Origin: Candidatus Babelota bacterium | Lineage (GTDB): Bacteria; Babelota; Babeliae; Babelales; Vermiphilaceae | Direction: 5' to 3' | NCBI GenBank assembly: GCA_039809905.1 | Contig: JBDHVY010000001.1 | Location: 210,001 to 242,000 of the forward strand | Length of the DNA: 32,000 nt | Shown: positions 8,480-18,874 of the stretch, in pieces | Layout: every line of letters begins with the position of its first letter | Position numbering within the stretch: the first letter of the stretch is position 1 | Notes under the pieces: generated by a model | What the model was told of the DNA's origin: nothing | Database searches by the model: none | Seen by the model: only the letters and a program-made list of their open reading frames with translations | Made by a program: the position numbers and the translations under genes

Positions 8480-8839
8480 TTACTTTACCCATTCAAGACG
8501 AGCAACAGTAGCTGTATCACTCATACGTTTACCAAGAGGAATAATACGAGTATATCCACCTGGACGAGAAACATATTGAGGAGCAATTTCTTTAAACAAT
8601 TTAATCACAGCATCCATGTCATATGGCAATAATGCCTGTACACGACGACGAGCGTTAAATGTATTGCCTTCACGAGCAATAGTAACTACACGTTCAACAA
8701 GGCGTCTTGTTTCTTTAACTCGAGCTTTAGTTGAAGTCAAATGTCCGTAATTAATCATATGAATAGTTTGATTACGAAGCATTGCTCTTCTATGCGGAGC
8801 TTTAAGATTTAATTTTTTTCGACCATTCTGATGTATCAT
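8480..8839 (-). CDS. rplQ: 50S ribosomal protein L17
   Basis: RKKLNLKAPHRRAMLRNQ...HLTSTKARVKETRRLVERVVTIA...GGYTRIIPLGKRMSDTATVARLEWV. Confidence 0.96.
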   Translation of the reverse strand: MIHQNGRKKLNLKAPHRRAMLRNQTIHMINYGHLTSTKARVKETRRLVERVVTIAREGNTFNARRRVQALLPYDMDAVIKLFKEIAPQYVSRPGGYTRIIPLGKRMSDTATVARLEWVK

Positions 8840-8841
8840 TT

Positions 8842-9885
8842 TTATCCCTGACCTAGGATTTTTTTAACATTTTCTTCATTGATATTCATGCCAAAAGAAA
8901 GTCCAAATGCTTTCATACTTTCTTTTACTTCATTCAGCGATTTACGACCAAAATTCTTAATTTTGAGCGCATCATCTTCTGCAACATTAACTAAATCAAT
9001 AACACGATTAATACCGGCATTGATTAAACAATTATGTGCTCTGACTGAAAGCTCCAGCTCTTCAATTGGTTTCAGTAACAAGTCAACAGGAACACCCTTA
9101 AGACTTGAATCACTTGTTTTCAATGGAATTTTTTCTACTTTTTCTTCAGGAAGCCGTGATATTTCATTAAATGGAATTTCAGTGCTTTCAAGGAAATGTT
9201 CTAGCTGTGTGCGCAAAACTGAAACTGCATAATGCAAAGCATCAACAGGATTTTCTGAACCATTGGTATGAATACGCAAGATAAGCTTATCATAATCAAT
9301 TGCTTCACCAACACGAGTTTTTTCGATATCGAACATAACTTTACGTATAGGAGAAAACATTGCATCCAAATAGATTCTATTATCATCCTGATATGGCTTA
9401 TCTACTGGCCATTGAGCTTGTTGATACCCTCTTCCTGGTTCAACAAAGAATTCAATGTCAAGTTCACCATCAAATGCAACATGAGCGAAAACATAATCTT
9501 TATTGATTAGTTCAAGGTGATCATCAGCAACGATATCACTCACGCGCACTTCTGATTCACCTTTTTTCGTCACACGCATTTTTCCGGGTTTACCTTCTTT
9601 ATTGCGAATGACAATATTTTTGATGTTCAAAACAATTTGCATTGCATCTTCAACAACACCAGGAATTGCTGAAAATTCATTGTTAACATCTTTAATAATT
9701 ATAGATGTTATTGCAGAACCTTCGACGCCACTAAGCAAAATTCTTCGTAACGAGTTTCCAATCGTTATTCCAAAACCTGGTTCAAGCGGTTGAACTACTA
9801 ATTCGCCGCATGTTTCACTTAGCGTCTTTTTTTCCCATTTCAACTGTGGAATGATAAGTGGTTTGTATTCTCTGTTCTTAGTCAT
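8842..9885 (-). CDS. rpoA: RNA polymerase alpha subunit
   Basis: EPGFGITIGNSLRRILLSGVEGSAITSI; full alpha-CTD NCLINAGINRVIDLVNVAEDDALKIKNFGRKSLNEVK; AGGAGG SD. Confidence 0.98.
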   Translation of the reverse strand: MTKNREYKPLIIPQLKWEKKTLSETCGELVVQPLEPGFGITIGNSLRRILLSGVEGSAITSIIIKDVNNEFSAIPGVVEDAMQIVLNIKNIVIRNKEGKPGKMRVTKKGESEVRVSDIVADDHLELINKDYVFAHVAFDGELDIEFFVEPGRGYQQAQWPVDKPYQDDNRIYLDAMFSPIRKVMFDIEKTRVGEAIDYDKLILRIHTNGSENPVDALHYAVSVLRTQLEHFLESTEIPFNEISRLPEEKVEKIPLKTSDSSLKGVPVDLLLKPIEELELSVRAHNCLINAGINRVIDLVNVAEDDALKIKNFGRKSLNEVKESMKAFGLSFGMNINEENVKKILGQG

Positions 9886-9920
9886 TCAACCTCCTGCTTG
9901 CCTGGACTTTCAACTATCTA

Positions 9921-10472
9921 TTACTTAGAATACAATTCTACAATCAAATGCTCTTCAATTGGCACTTGAATATCAGCACGAACAGGAAGACGGAGTACTC
10001 GTCCAAATCTGTCTTTTTTGTCTAATTCCAACCATTCTGGAACTTTGATGCCAACTTTCATTCTTTTTTCAATAACGTCTTTCAAAAATGTTTCCATTTT
10101 TGCTACACGCTCAGAAAGAGAAATAACATCATCAGCTGAAACCAAGAATGATGGAGAATATACTTTTTTGCCGTTCACAAGAACATGTCCGTGAGTAACA
10201 ACTTGACGAGCTTGTGTGCGCGTTGTTGCTAATTTTAATTTAAACAGAACATTATCTAAGCGACGCTCAAGCAAACTTAATAGGTTTTCACCTGGTCCGC
10301 CATCACGTTGTTTACTTGCTACTGCAAAAAAACGTTTAAATTGACGCTCGCGCAAGCCGTACATTTCTTTAACTTTTTGTTTTTCTTGAAGTTGCTTTCC
10401 ATATTCAGAAAGCTTTCTGCGCGGAGCTTTTTGTTGCTGTTTTTCGGTTGATTCTTCTCTTACAACTGCCAT
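9921..10472 (-). CDS. rpsD: 30S ribosomal protein S4, lacking the usual N-terminal zinc-finger segment
   Basis: RRKLSEYGKQLQEKQKVKEMYGLRERQFKRFF...LERRLDNVLFKLKLATTRTQARQVVTHGHVLVNGKKV...EHLIVELYSK. Confidence 0.95.
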   Translation of the reverse strand: MAVVREESTEKQQQKAPRRKLSEYGKQLQEKQKVKEMYGLRERQFKRFFAVASKQRDGGPGENLLSLLERRLDNVLFKLKLATTRTQARQVVTHGHVLVNGKKVYSPSFLVSADDVISLSERVAKMETFLKDVIEKRMKVGIKVPEWLELDKKDRFGRVLRLPVRADIQVPIEEHLIVELYSK

Positions 10473-10504
10473 GGTACCTTATCCCACTAAAAATGATTAA
10501 TTTT

Positions 10505-10888
10505 TTATACTCGGCGCTTTTTAGGAGCTCGGCAACCATTATGAGGTAACGGAGTAACATCGCGTAATGTTTTAACTGCCATACCTGCAGACTGGAACGC
10601 ACGAACAACAGAATCTCTACCAGATCCCGGCCCTTGCATATTCACTTCCAACTCTTTGACTCCAACCATTTGCATTTCTTTTGCTAATGTTGAAGCAATT
10701 TGAGATGCCGCAAACGGAGTACTCTTACGAGATCCTTTGAATCCTAAGCGGCCAGCACTTGAAGAAAACAACACATCACCTTCCATTGTTGTAATTGAAA
10801 CAATGGTATTGTTAAATGTTGATTTAACGTGTGCAATAGCTGATGCTATTTTTTGTTTTTGTTTTTTTGGTTTTTTCTTGTAAGCCAT
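10505..10888 (-). CDS. rpsK: 30S ribosomal protein S11
   Basis: [43 protein letters not shown]...[18 protein letters not shown]. Confidence 0.97.
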   Translation of the reverse strand: MAYKKKPKKQKQKIASAIAHVKSTFNNTIVSITTMEGDVLFSSSAGRLGFKGSRKSTPFAASQIASTLAKEMQMVGVKELEVNMQGPGSGRDSVVRAFQSAGMAVKTLRDVTPLPHNGCRAPKKRRV

Positions 10889-10913
10889 GTAATCAAAACC
10901 CTTATTACGTTAT

Positions 10914-11297
10914 TTATTTCTTAGTTACTTTACGTTTAAGTGCTACTGGGTTTTTCTTTGGACCCTTACGTGTACGCGCATTCGTTTTTGTGCGTTGACC
11001 ACGAACTGGCAACCCACGTTTATGACGCAAACCTCTGTAAGAACCAATTTCCTGCAAACGCTTAATATTTAACGTAATTTCTTTGCGCAATTCACCTTCA
11101 ACTTTATAGTTATCAGTGATTTCTTTTTGAATTGCTGCAATTTCAGCGTCAGTTAAATCTTTTACTCGCGTATCAAAATTGATATTGAGTTTGGTCAAAA
11201 TATCTTGCGATCCCGCAAGACCAATTCCAAAAATATACGGTAGGCTATATTCTACTCGTTTATTTGCTGGTAAATTAACACCTTCAATTCTGGCCAT
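10914..11297 (-). CDS. rpsM: 30S ribosomal protein S13
   Basis: [26 protein letters not shown]...[31 protein letters not shown]. Confidence 0.97.
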   Translation of the reverse strand: MARIEGVNLPANKRVEYSLPYIFGIGLAGSQDILTKLNINFDTRVKDLTDAEIAAIQKEITDNYKVEGELRKEITLNIKRLQEIGSYRGLRHKRGLPVRGQRTKTNARTRKGPKKNPVALKRKVTKK

Positions 11298-11319
11298 AAT
11301 TTATTGTTCCTCTTTATTT

Positions 11320-11436
11320 CTAACCTTGTCGTTGCTTATGCTTAGGGCTCTTATTGCAAATAACGCGAACAACACCCTTACGCTTAATGATACGACATTC
11401 GTTACAAATAGCTTTTACTGATGTCCGAACTTTCAT
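11320..11436 (-). CDS. rpmJ: 50S ribosomal protein L36 (absent from supplied ORF track)
   Basis: Manual translation: [38 protein letters not shown], 38 aa, retains the Zn ligands. Confidence 0.96.
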   Translation of the reverse strand: MKVRTSVKAICNECRIIKRKGVVRVICNKSPKHKQRQG

Positions 11437-11448
11437 GATAACTCCTGC

Positions 11449-11673
11449 CTAATCTTTGTATCGCAGTACAATTCTTCCACGTGTTAGATCGTACGGTGAC
11501 AATTCTAACGCAACTCTATCACCTGGCAGAATACGAATATAATGCATCCGCATTTTACCCGATACATGTCCTAAAACAACATGTCCGCCTTCAATTTCTA
11601 CTCGAAACATTGCATTAGGCAATGTTTCTTTCACAACTCCATCGACTCGTATAACTTCTTCTTTTTGCTTCAT
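11449..11673 (-). CDS. infA: Translation initiation factor IF-1
   Basis: [63 protein letters not shown]. Confidence 0.97.
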   Translation of the reverse strand: MKQKEEVIRVDGVVKETLPNAMFRVEIEGGHVVLGHVSGKMRMHYIRILPGDRVALELSPYDLTRGRIVLRYKD

Positions 11674-12452
11674 GAAACACTCGCATTGTTTTGTTGTTCA
11701 GAATTTTTGCTTGTCAAAATCACTGGCCCCGCATGTGTAATTGCAATAGTATCTTCTACATGAGCTGCCAAACTACGATCAACAGTTTTTACCGTCCAAC
11801 CGTCATCAGTAACATACACCTGATAAGCTCCAGCAGTAACCATCGGTTCAATCGCAAACGTCATGCCTTCACATAAAACGGGACCTCTACCAGGCTTGCC
11901 ATAATTTACTATCTCAGGCTCTTCATGCATGTTTTTTCCAATACCATGTCCAGCAAAATCGCGTACAACACCAAATCCATGTTTTTCGACTTCTTGTTGT
12001 ATTGCTGATGAAATATCGGATAATCTATTGCCCACACGCGCCTGCTCAATTCCTTTTTTCAATGCTTGATATGCTACATCAACCAACTTTTGCGCTTGAT
12101 CAGATGGTTTACCAACAAAAAAGCTCCGTGCCATATCAGCACAGTAGCCATTCCATGAAGCACACACATCAATTTTTACCAAATCTCCCAATTGCAAAAG
12201 AGAATCTGCTCGAGGAACTCCATGAACAACTACGTCGTTCACGGAAATACAACTTACATGACGATATCCCATGTAACCTTTAACACGAGACACCAATCCT
12301 TTTTCTTGCAACTGTGATTCAATCCACGCATCAATTTCTGCTGTAGAGATTCCTGGTTTAATCAAATGCTCTACTGAACATAAAATATCAGACAACAATG
12401 AACCCGCTTGGGCCATTTTTTGGATTGAAAGTTTATTTTTTATATGAATCAT
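11670..12452 (-). CDS. map: Methionine aminopeptidase type I
   Basis: [55 protein letters not shown]; overlaps infA by 4 nt. Confidence 0.95.
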   Translation of the reverse strand: MIHIKNKLSIQKMAQAGSLLSDILCSVEHLIKPGISTAEIDAWIESQLQEKGLVSRVKGYMGYRHVSCISVNDVVVHGVPRADSLLQLGDLVKIDVCASWNGYCADMARSFFVGKPSDQAQKLVDVAYQALKKGIEQARVGNRLSDISSAIQQEVEKHGFGVVRDFAGHGIGKNMHEEPEIVNYGKPGRGPVLCEGMTFAIEPMVTAGAYQVYVTDDGWTVKTVDRSLAAHVEDTIAITHAGPVILTSKNSEQQNNASVS

Positions 12453-12464
12453 ATACGTACGTAT

Positions 12465-13151
12465 CTATTCGCCTATAATATGCACAAAATCTTCAAATAC
12501 TTTTTGCAACTGTTGGGATGCATCTAGTTTTATCACTTCGCTCTTATTGTTCTCATAAAAATTAATCAACTGTTGCTCATGTCGATGATAAATATCAAGA
12601 CGGTTTCTTACCGCAACCTCACTATCATCATCTCTTCTTCCCAATGGACCTGAGCACAGGCCACAAACAAGCGCCTCTGTTGATGCGCTATCTGCATTAG
12701 AAGAATACGAATAAACAGCCTGACATTCTTTATTTTGACATACGTAGCGAGAACATAATCGGTTAACAACCACATCGTCGGTAAGCTCAAATAAAACAAC
12801 CCTCACTCGGACATTTGAAAAATGGTTTTTAAGCATAGTATCAAACGATTGAGCTTGAGCGACTGTTCGAGGATATCCATCAAAAATAAAGCCTGATCCC
12901 TTATCAGAATTCTCATTAAACCAGTCAAAAACCATAGAAGTAATGAGGTCATCATTAATTAATTTACCAGATTTGATAATTAAATCTATTTCTTTGCCTA
13001 TTTTTGTTTGTTCAACGATATGTTTTCTACACAAATTTCCGGTAGAAATCTGTAACCATCCAAAATGATTGACACAAAGACTGGCAAGTGAACCTTTCCC
13101 AGCCCCTGGAGGTCCAATAAAAATGAAAACGTCCCCAACCTGATGATTCAA
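12465..13151 (-). CDS. adk: Adenylate kinase with Cys-rich LID
   Basis: IFIGPPGAGKGSLASL, STGNLCR, GFIFDGYPRTVAQAQ, CSRYVCQNKECQAVY...CGLCSGPLGRRDDD. Confidence 0.93.
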   Translation of the reverse strand: MNHQVGDVFIFIGPPGAGKGSLASLCVNHFGWLQISTGNLCRKHIVEQTKIGKEIDLIIKSGKLINDDLITSMVFDWFNENSDKGSGFIFDGYPRTVAQAQSFDTMLKNHFSNVRVRVVLFELTDDVVVNRLCSRYVCQNKECQAVYSYSSNADSASTEALVCGLCSGPLGRRDDDSEVAVRNRLDIYHRHEQQLINFYENNKSEVIKLDASQQLQKVFEDFVHIIGE

Positions 13152-14473
13152 CGCATGCCCCTACCTTTTAATCGTCCAGAAGATAAAAATCCTTCATAAC
13201 GATGTTCGATCAAATACGATTCAATTTGTGCGGCTGTTTCATTTGCTACACCAACAACAATCAAAAGCGCGGTACCACTTAAAATTCCTGATAAGTAAAA
13301 AGGCATTGCCAAAAGCCAGTGTATAATGCTTGGCACAAGCGCTAAAGCTGCAAGATATAATGCCCCAACTAATCCTATACGAGTCAGTATATAACTAAAA
13401 AAGTCAGCAGTTTGTTTTCCTGGGCGAATTCCCGGTATAAAACCGCCACCTTTTTTGATATTATCTGCCAACTCTTCAGGATTAAATACAAGGGCAGTGT
13501 AGAAAAATGAAAAACCAATGATTAAAATAAAGTCTAAAATACTGTATGCAAATCCACCTGCAGCAAAACTTTCTGATATTGGCTTAAAAAAAGCCCATCG
13601 TGCAGCAAGGAGTGTTAATGCAAACATTGGTATATTCAACATTGCATTTGCAAGAATAACTGGCATAACTCCTGATGGATTAATTTTGAATGGTATGTAT
13701 GTGCTCTGTCCTCCGTACATTTTACCGCCAACAATACGTCGCGAATATTGCACAGGAACTTTACGTTCTCCTTTTTCAAGAAAAACTATAGCTGCTGCTA
13801 TAGCAATTGCTACAACAAATAAAAAGATACCCACAACTATATCGAGGTATCCTTCTTGAATTGCACCTATTATTTTAATGATATCATCGGGAAAACGAGC
13901 CACAATACCTGCAAAAATAATCATTGATGTACCGTTACCAATGCCAAAGAGAGATATTTGCTCTCCAAGCCACATAACAAACATAGTACCAACAGAGAGC
14001 GATATTACAAACAATAGTCGTGATCCAATCCATGGATCAATAACCAAACCGTAACGCTCAAGAAGAAACACAAACGCCAAGCTTTGAACCATAGCAACGA
14101 TAACTGCTAAGTATCGTTGATATTGGTTAATAATCTTGCGGCCATATTCTCCTTCTTTTGATAACTGCTCAAGAGTAGGTATAGAAAGACTTAAAAACTG
14201 CATCATAATAGACGCAGTAATATATGGACTAATACCTAAGGCAAATATAGTGCATTGTCGTAAGTTGCCCCCAGAAAAAAGATCTAAGTAGGAAAAAATC
14301 CCACTCAATCCCCCACTTTGATTCATCATTTGCAAAAGTTTGTCAATATCAACGCCAATCACAGGGATGTGATGACCTAATCGATAAATTACTAATATTA
14401 CCAACGTAAAAATTATTTTTTTACGCAATTCGGGAATACTAAACATATTAAGAAAATTTCTGAGGAGCACCAC
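13148..14473 (-). CDS. secY: Preprotein translocase subunit SecY
   Basis: 441 aa; LDLFSGGNLRQCTIFALGISPYITASIMMQFL, VQYSRRIVGG, GGGFIPGIRPGKQTADF. Confidence 0.97.
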   Translation of the reverse strand: MVLLRNFLNMFSIPELRKKIIFTLVILVIYRLGHHIPVIGVDIDKLLQMMNQSGGLSGIFSYLDLFSGGNLRQCTIFALGISPYITASIMMQFLSLSIPTLEQLSKEGEYGRKIINQYQRYLAVIVAMVQSLAFVFLLERYGLVIDPWIGSRLLFVISLSVGTMFVMWLGEQISLFGIGNGTSMIIFAGIVARFPDDIIKIIGAIQEGYLDIVVGIFLFVVAIAIAAAIVFLEKGERKVPVQYSRRIVGGKMYGGQSTYIPFKINPSGVMPVILANAMLNIPMFALTLLAARWAFFKPISESFAAGGFAYSILDFILIIGFSFFYTALVFNPEELADNIKKGGGFIPGIRPGKQTADFFSYILTRIGLVGALYLAALALVPSIIHWLLAMPFYLSGILSGTALLIVVGVANETAAQIESYLIEHRYEGFLSSGRLKGRGMR

Positions 14474-14476
14474 TGC

Positions 14477-14947
14477 TTACAACTCCTTTATTATAAGTGC
14501 CTTACCACCAACTTTTTCTATTGCTTGTTTTGCTGATGCGCTGAATGCGAAAGCAGAAACATTTAATTTCTTGCTTAATTCACCTTCACCAAGAATTTTA
14601 ACAATAGTTCCTTTTTTTATATCTCGTTGCTCGCTTCTTCTAGGCTTTATAAGGCCTTTTTGCGTTAAAGTAAGCACATTTACTTCTTCTCCATCTGCAA
14701 ACGCCTGCTCTAAACGATCTAGGTTTACTACAGACATTTCTTTACAGAAGTGAGCGTTATTAAATCCACGCTTAGGAAGACGACGTTGTAATGGAGTTTG
14801 TCCACCTTCAAATCCACGACCTTTTGGACCGCCTGAACGAGCGTTTTGTCCTTTATGCCCACGACCAGAAGTACCACCGCGTGATCCACCACGACCAACT
14901 TTTTTTCTTTTTTTTCCTGATGATTGCAAATTATCTAAGGTAAACAT
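14477..14947 (-). CDS. rplO: 50S ribosomal protein L15
   Basis: GRGGSRGGTSGRGHKGQNARSGGPKGRGFEGGQTPLQRRLPKRGF. Confidence 0.96.
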   Translation of the reverse strand: MFTLDNLQSSGKKRKKVGRGGSRGGTSGRGHKGQNARSGGPKGRGFEGGQTPLQRRLPKRGFNNAHFCKEMSVVNLDRLEQAFADGEEVNVLTLTQKGLIKPRRSEQRDIKKGTIVKILGEGELSKKLNVSAFAFSASAKQAIEKVGGKALIIKEL

Positions 14948-15486
14948 TACGATCCTTTGACCATTTCTTGAACTGTTTTTCCACGCAACATACTCAAACG
15001 ATCTGCTGAACGCAATTGCGCTAAAGCATTCATCGTTGCTTTTGCTACGTTAATACCATTGCTAGAGCCCATAGATTTGGTAAGAACATCTTCAACACCT
15101 GCAGCGCTCATAATTGCTCGAACAGCTCCGCCGGCAATATTTCCAGTACCTTTAGATGCTGGACGAACTACCACGCGAGTTGCTCCATGTTTGCCTAATG
15201 CTTCATATGGCACAGTTGAACCTCGACGAGCAACTTCTATCATTCTTTTGCGAGCTCTATTGGTTGCTTTAGCAATAGCCATAGAAACTTCACGGCTTTT
15301 ACCAAGACCAAGACCAACTTTCCCTTGTTTATCTCCAGAAATAACAAAAGCGGCAAATGAAAAACGTTTTCCACCTTTAGTCACCTTGGTAACACGACGA
15401 AGGCTTACCACGTGATCGACAAAGCCAGAATCTTTTTTGTCTTTACCGTCTTCTCTATTCATTTCTTTTTCTCTTTGCATTGTCAT
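14947..15486 (-). CDS. rpsE: 30S ribosomal protein S5
   Basis: VVSLRRVTKVTKGGKRFSFAAFVISGDKQGKVGLGLGKSREV...STVPYEALGKHGATRVVVRPASKGTGNIAGGAVRAIMSAAGVEDVLTKSMGSSN. Confidence 0.97.
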   Translation of the reverse strand: MTMQREKEMNREDGKDKKDSGFVDHVVSLRRVTKVTKGGKRFSFAAFVISGDKQGKVGLGLGKSREVSMAIAKATNRARKRMIEVARRGSTVPYEALGKHGATRVVVRPASKGTGNIAGGAVRAIMSAAGVEDVLTKSMGSSNGINVAKATMNALAQLRSADRLSMLRGKTVQEMVKGS

Positions 15487-15506
15487 TCTTTAATTTCCTG
15501 CTATAT

Positions 15507-15869
15507 CTAAAATTTCAACGTACCTTCACGTAATCCGTCAGCGAGAGCTTTCACTCTACCATGAAATTTAAAGCGACCTCTATCAAACACTACTGCATCA
15601 ACGCCTTTTGCTTTTGCGCGCTTTGCAAGTTCAAGCCCAATTGCATGAGCAACTGCACTCTTGTCACCTTTTACATCACTCAATTCAAGAGATGAACATG
15701 AAGCAATTGTTTGCCTGTTCATATCATCAATAATTTGAGCATGTATGTGCTTCAAGCTTCTGAAAACAGAAACACGAGGTGGCATACCATAGCGTTTTAC
15801 TTTTGCACGAACACGCATCACTCTACGTTCTGCTGTAATGCGATCTTTTTTACTCGTAGCCATATTCAC
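15507..15869 (-). CDS. rplR: 50S ribosomal protein L18
   Basis: [31 protein letters not shown]...[28 protein letters not shown]. Confidence 0.95.
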   Translation of the reverse strand: MNMATSKKDRITAERRVMRVRAKVKRYGMPPRVSVFRSLKHIHAQIIDDMNRQTIASCSSLELSDVKGDKSAVAHAIGLELAKRAKAKGVDAVVFDRGRFKFHGRVKALADGLREGTLKF

Positions 15870-15880
15870 AATCCTATGAT

Positions 15881-16444
15881 TTACTTCTTGCCTTTACCAG
15901 CAGTTTTACGGAAAATAACTTCTGATTGAAGTTTGATACCTTTTCCTTTATACGGTTCTGGCTCTTTAAGCTCTCTTATTTTACTGCAAAAATCTCCGAG
16001 AAGATTTTTGTTAAAAGATCTTACTTTTACTTTTTGTCCGGATTTATCTATTTCAACAACTACTCCAGCAGGAAGATCTTTCTCAATCTTATGGCTGAAC
16101 CCAAGAGTTAAAACAATTTTATTACCCGCAAGTGCTGCTTTGTAACCCAAGCCGTTAATTTCAAGCATTTTTTCAAATTCTTGAGATGCACCGCCTAATT
16201 CATTAGCAAGCAAAGCACGATGAAGCCCCCAAGCACGATTAACGTTGCTCAATTGCTTTTGTCCCATTCCCGCTTTATCTTGTGCTGGAACAAGATACAA
16301 ACTTGAATTTTCTACATGTGCACTTATTTCTGGAGATAAATGATAAACACCAGAAGCTTTTGGTCCTTTGTAATGGATATCATGCCCCTTAATGTCTACG
16401 GTAACTCCATTTAATTGTATCGGCTTTCTACCAATTTTTGACAT
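15881..16444 (-). CDS. rplF: 50S ribosomal protein L6
   Basis: [30 protein letters not shown]-like start; LNKNLLG...[32 protein letters not shown]. Confidence 0.94.
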   Translation of the reverse strand: MSKIGRKPIQLNGVTVDIKGHDIHYKGPKASGVYHLSPEISAHVENSSLYLVPAQDKAGMGQKQLSNVNRAWGLHRALLANELGGASQEFEKMLEINGLGYKAALAGNKIVLTLGFSHKIEKDLPAGVVVEIDKSGQKVKVRSFNKNLLGDFCSKIRELKEPEPYKGKGIKLQSEVIFRKTAGKGKK

Positions 16445-16456
16445 GTGCGTGTTCCT

Positions 16457-16855
16457 TTACCAAACGGTACAAATGACTTCACCACCAACAGAAAGTTTTT
16501 TTGCTTTCTGATGAGCAATGACACCACGACTTGTTGTTAATATTGATATACCAAGCTGTCCAATAACTGGTTTAACATCATTAATACCAGCATAAACGCG
16601 ACGTCCTAGTTTGCTTATTCGTTCAATTTCATGAATAGCAGATTCGCCATCAACATATCTTAAAACAACTTTAAGCATTTTTTTTGCATCTGAATCCGCG
16701 TTAAGAATCACAACATCATTAATGAAACCTTCTTCCTTCAAAATGTCTGCAATAGAATGATTCATTTTGGAATAAGGAGCAGTAACAGATGGTTTAGAAA
16801 CCATAACGCCGTTTCGGATGATTGTTAAAAAATCAGCAATTGAATCAACTGACAT
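16457..16855 (-). CDS. rpsH: 30S ribosomal protein S8
   Basis: DSIADFLTIIRNGVM...ISKLGRRVYAGINDVKPVIGQLGISILTTSRGVIAHQKAKKLSVGGEVICTVW. Confidence 0.96.
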   Translation of the reverse strand: MSVDSIADFLTIIRNGVMVSKPSVTAPYSKMNHSIADILKEEGFINDVVILNADSDAKKMLKVVLRYVDGESAIHEIERISKLGRRVYAGINDVKPVIGQLGISILTTSRGVIAHQKAKKLSVGGEVICTVW

Positions 16856-16865
16856 TAGTCACCCT

Positions 16866-17051
16866 TTACCAACTTGTTTTTTTCACGCCAGGAAGCAATC
16901 CTTCTAGCGCATTTTTTCTAAAACACATACGACACATTCTAAACAACCTAAAATATGCACGAGCACGCCCACAGAGCTCACAACGATTGTATGCTCTTAC
17001 TGCAAATTTTGGTGTTTTATTTGTTTTTTCGATCAACGCCTTTCTGGCCAT
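16866..17051 (-). CDS. rpsN: 30S ribosomal protein S14 type Z (zinc-binding)
   Basis: 61 aa; [43 protein letters not shown]. Confidence 0.97.
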   Translation of the reverse strand: MARKALIEKTNKTPKFAVRAYNRCELCGRARAYFRLFRMCRMCFRKNALEGLLPGVKKTSW

Positions 17052-17073
17052 CTTAATCCTGACGTAAACTGAA

Positions 17074-17625
17074 TTAATTTTTTGATTTTTTAAATGGTAT
17101 ACTAAATGCTTTCAACAAAGCTAACCCATGCTCATCCGTCCGCGCAGATGTCTGGATTGTTATATTCATACCATGAGCTTCTTTAGCAGTGTCAAAATCA
17201 ACTTCAGGGAAAATAGTCCAATCTTTTATACCAACATTATAACTGCCTCTTCCATCAAGCTTAGTAGAAAGCCCCTGAAAGTCGCGTACCTTTGGAAGAG
17301 CCAAAGTAATAAAACGGTCTAAAAATTCATACATCATGTCACCGCGCAATGTTACCATTGTGCCAATTGCCATGCCTTCTCGAAGTTTAAATCCTGCTAT
17401 AGATTTACGAGCCAAACGCTTTATAGGGCGTTGGCCTGAAATTTTTGCCAAAATGTCCATTGATGCTTGGAGAGCTTTTGAATCGGAAACCGCTCCCTTA
17501 ACCCCAACATTCAAAACTATTTTTTGCAATTTTGGGACCATCATGATATTGTCCATTCCAAGCTGCTGTTGCAACTGAGAACGGATTTCATCATTATATT
17601 TTACCGACAATCGTGATTTATTCAT
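17074..17625 (-). CDS. rplE: 50S ribosomal protein L5
   Basis: [16 protein letters not shown]...[37 protein letters not shown]...[25 protein letters not shown]. Confidence 0.97.
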   Translation of the reverse strand: MNKSRLSVKYNDEIRSQLQQQLGMDNIMMVPKLQKIVLNVGVKGAVSDSKALQASMDILAKISGQRPIKRLARKSIAGFKLREGMAIGTMVTLRGDMMYEFLDRFITLALPKVRDFQGLSTKLDGRGSYNVGIKDWTIFPEVDFDTAKEAHGMNITIQTSARTDEHGLALLKAFSIPFKKSKN

Positions 17626-17646
17626 AATGTAAGTTCCACTGATTTT

Positions 17647-17973
17647 CTAAAAAATTTCCTTACACCGGTTGCACACTCGCGCACTTTTTCCCGTATCCAA
17701 TTGCTTAACATTAACACGCGATGGCTTTTTGCATGAAGAACAAACTGGCATAACCTGGGACATGTTAATAAAACTTTCTTCTTTGCGAATACCACCCGGT
17801 TCACCAACTCTGCGAGGCTTGACATGATGCGTAGCGATAGCAATGCCTTTAACCATAACTCTACCTTCAACTTTACCTTTTTTAGGTAAAATTGCAATTA
17901 CAGAGCCTTCTTTTCCCTTATTTTTTCCCGACAAAACGTGAACTATGTCATTTTTTTTAATGCGCGCTATCAT
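17647..17973 (-). CDS. rplX: 50S ribosomal protein L24 (C+ form with CxxC...CxxC tail)
   Basis: IKKNDIVHVLSGKNKGKEGSVIAILPKKGKVEGRVMVKGIAIATHHVKPRR...VCSSCKKPSRVNVKQLDTGKSARVCNRCKEIF. Confidence 0.95.
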   Translation of the reverse strand: MIARIKKNDIVHVLSGKNKGKEGSVIAILPKKGKVEGRVMVKGIAIATHHVKPRRVGEPGGIRKEESFINMSQVMPVCSSCKKPSRVNVKQLDTGKSARVCNRCKEIF

Positions 17974-17986
17974 GAATATACCTTTA

Positions 17987-18355
17987 TTACAAAACTTCTG
18001 GAGCTAGTGACGAGATTTTATCATATTTTAGCGCTCGCAATTCACGTGCAACAGGTCCAAAAATTCGCGTTCCAATCATTTCGCCTTGCTTGTCAATTAC
18101 AACAGCTGCATTTTCACTAAAGCGGATATAACTACCATCTGCTCGACGAAACTCTTTTTTTGTTCGTACAATTACCGCCTCAACAACATCGCCCTTTTTT
18201 ACTTTAGCACCTGGAATAGCTTTCTTTACCGCACACTTAATAGTATCACCTAAATAAGCATAGCGTTTGCGGGTGCTCCCAATTATATGGATACACTGCA
18301 ACGCTTTTGCGCCAGAATTATCAGCTACCTCAAGATACGATTCTTTTTGAACCAT
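17987..18355 (-). CDS. rplN: 50S ribosomal protein L14
   Basis: [39 protein letters not shown]...[11 protein letters not shown]...ISSLAPEVL. Confidence 0.97.
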   Translation of the reverse strand: MVQKESYLEVADNSGAKALQCIHIIGSTRKRYAYLGDTIKCAVKKAIPGAKVKKGDVVEAVIVRTKKEFRRADGSYIRFSENAAVVIDKQGEMIGTRIFGPVARELRALKYDKISSLAPEVL

Positions 18356-18374
18356 ACCAAAATACCTCTATTTT

Positions 18375-18656
18375 TTATGATTTACTGCCAGTTACGACTT
18401 CAGCAAGATACATGTACTTTGTTTTTGCCAAAGGACGGCATTGGTAAAATCGTACAACGTCACCAATTTTAGCTTCATTTTTTTCATCATGAACTTTGTA
18501 AGATTTTGTTTTTCTCAAAATTTTACGAAATTTAGGATGAATATATGTTTGCTCAGTTTCAACAACAATGGTTTTATCCATCTTGTCAGAAACAACCTTA
18601 CCTTCAAAAAGCTGTTTTACTTTTTCAGCTTTTATTTCCATAGAAACCTCACTCAT
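18375..18656 (-). CDS. rpsQ: 30S ribosomal protein S17
   Basis: FEGKVVSDKMDKTIVVETEQTYIHPKFRKILRKTKSYKVHDEKNEAKIGDVVRFYQCRPLAKTKYMYL. Confidence 0.96.
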   Translation of the reverse strand: MSEVSMEIKAEKVKQLFEGKVVSDKMDKTIVVETEQTYIHPKFRKILRKTKSYKVHDEKNEAKIGDVVRFYQCRPLAKTKYMYLAEVVTGSKS

Positions 18657-18874
18657 TGTTTGCTCTTAACAGAACCAGCATTTTTCAACTGTATAGCAGT
18701 TAAAAGACGCGCGGCTTGTCTGCGTAATTTTTTGTACTGAGAATAGTCCTTAACTGGTTCTGTTATCGCATTTACACGCAAACCAAAAAGATCTTTTCTT
18801 GTACTGTCTAGTTTTTCTTGCAAATCTTCAACTGATAATTGTTGAACTCTTTGCATAAATCCCATTTGTTTCAT
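18653..18874 (-). CDS. rpmC: 50S ribosomal protein L29
   Basis: [24 protein letters not shown]...[13 protein letters not shown]; position between rplP and rpsQ. Confidence 0.9.
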   Translation of the reverse strand: MKQMGFMQRVQQLSVEDLQEKLDSTRKDLFGLRVNAITEPVKDYSQYKKLRRQAARLLTAIQLKNAGSVKSKQ

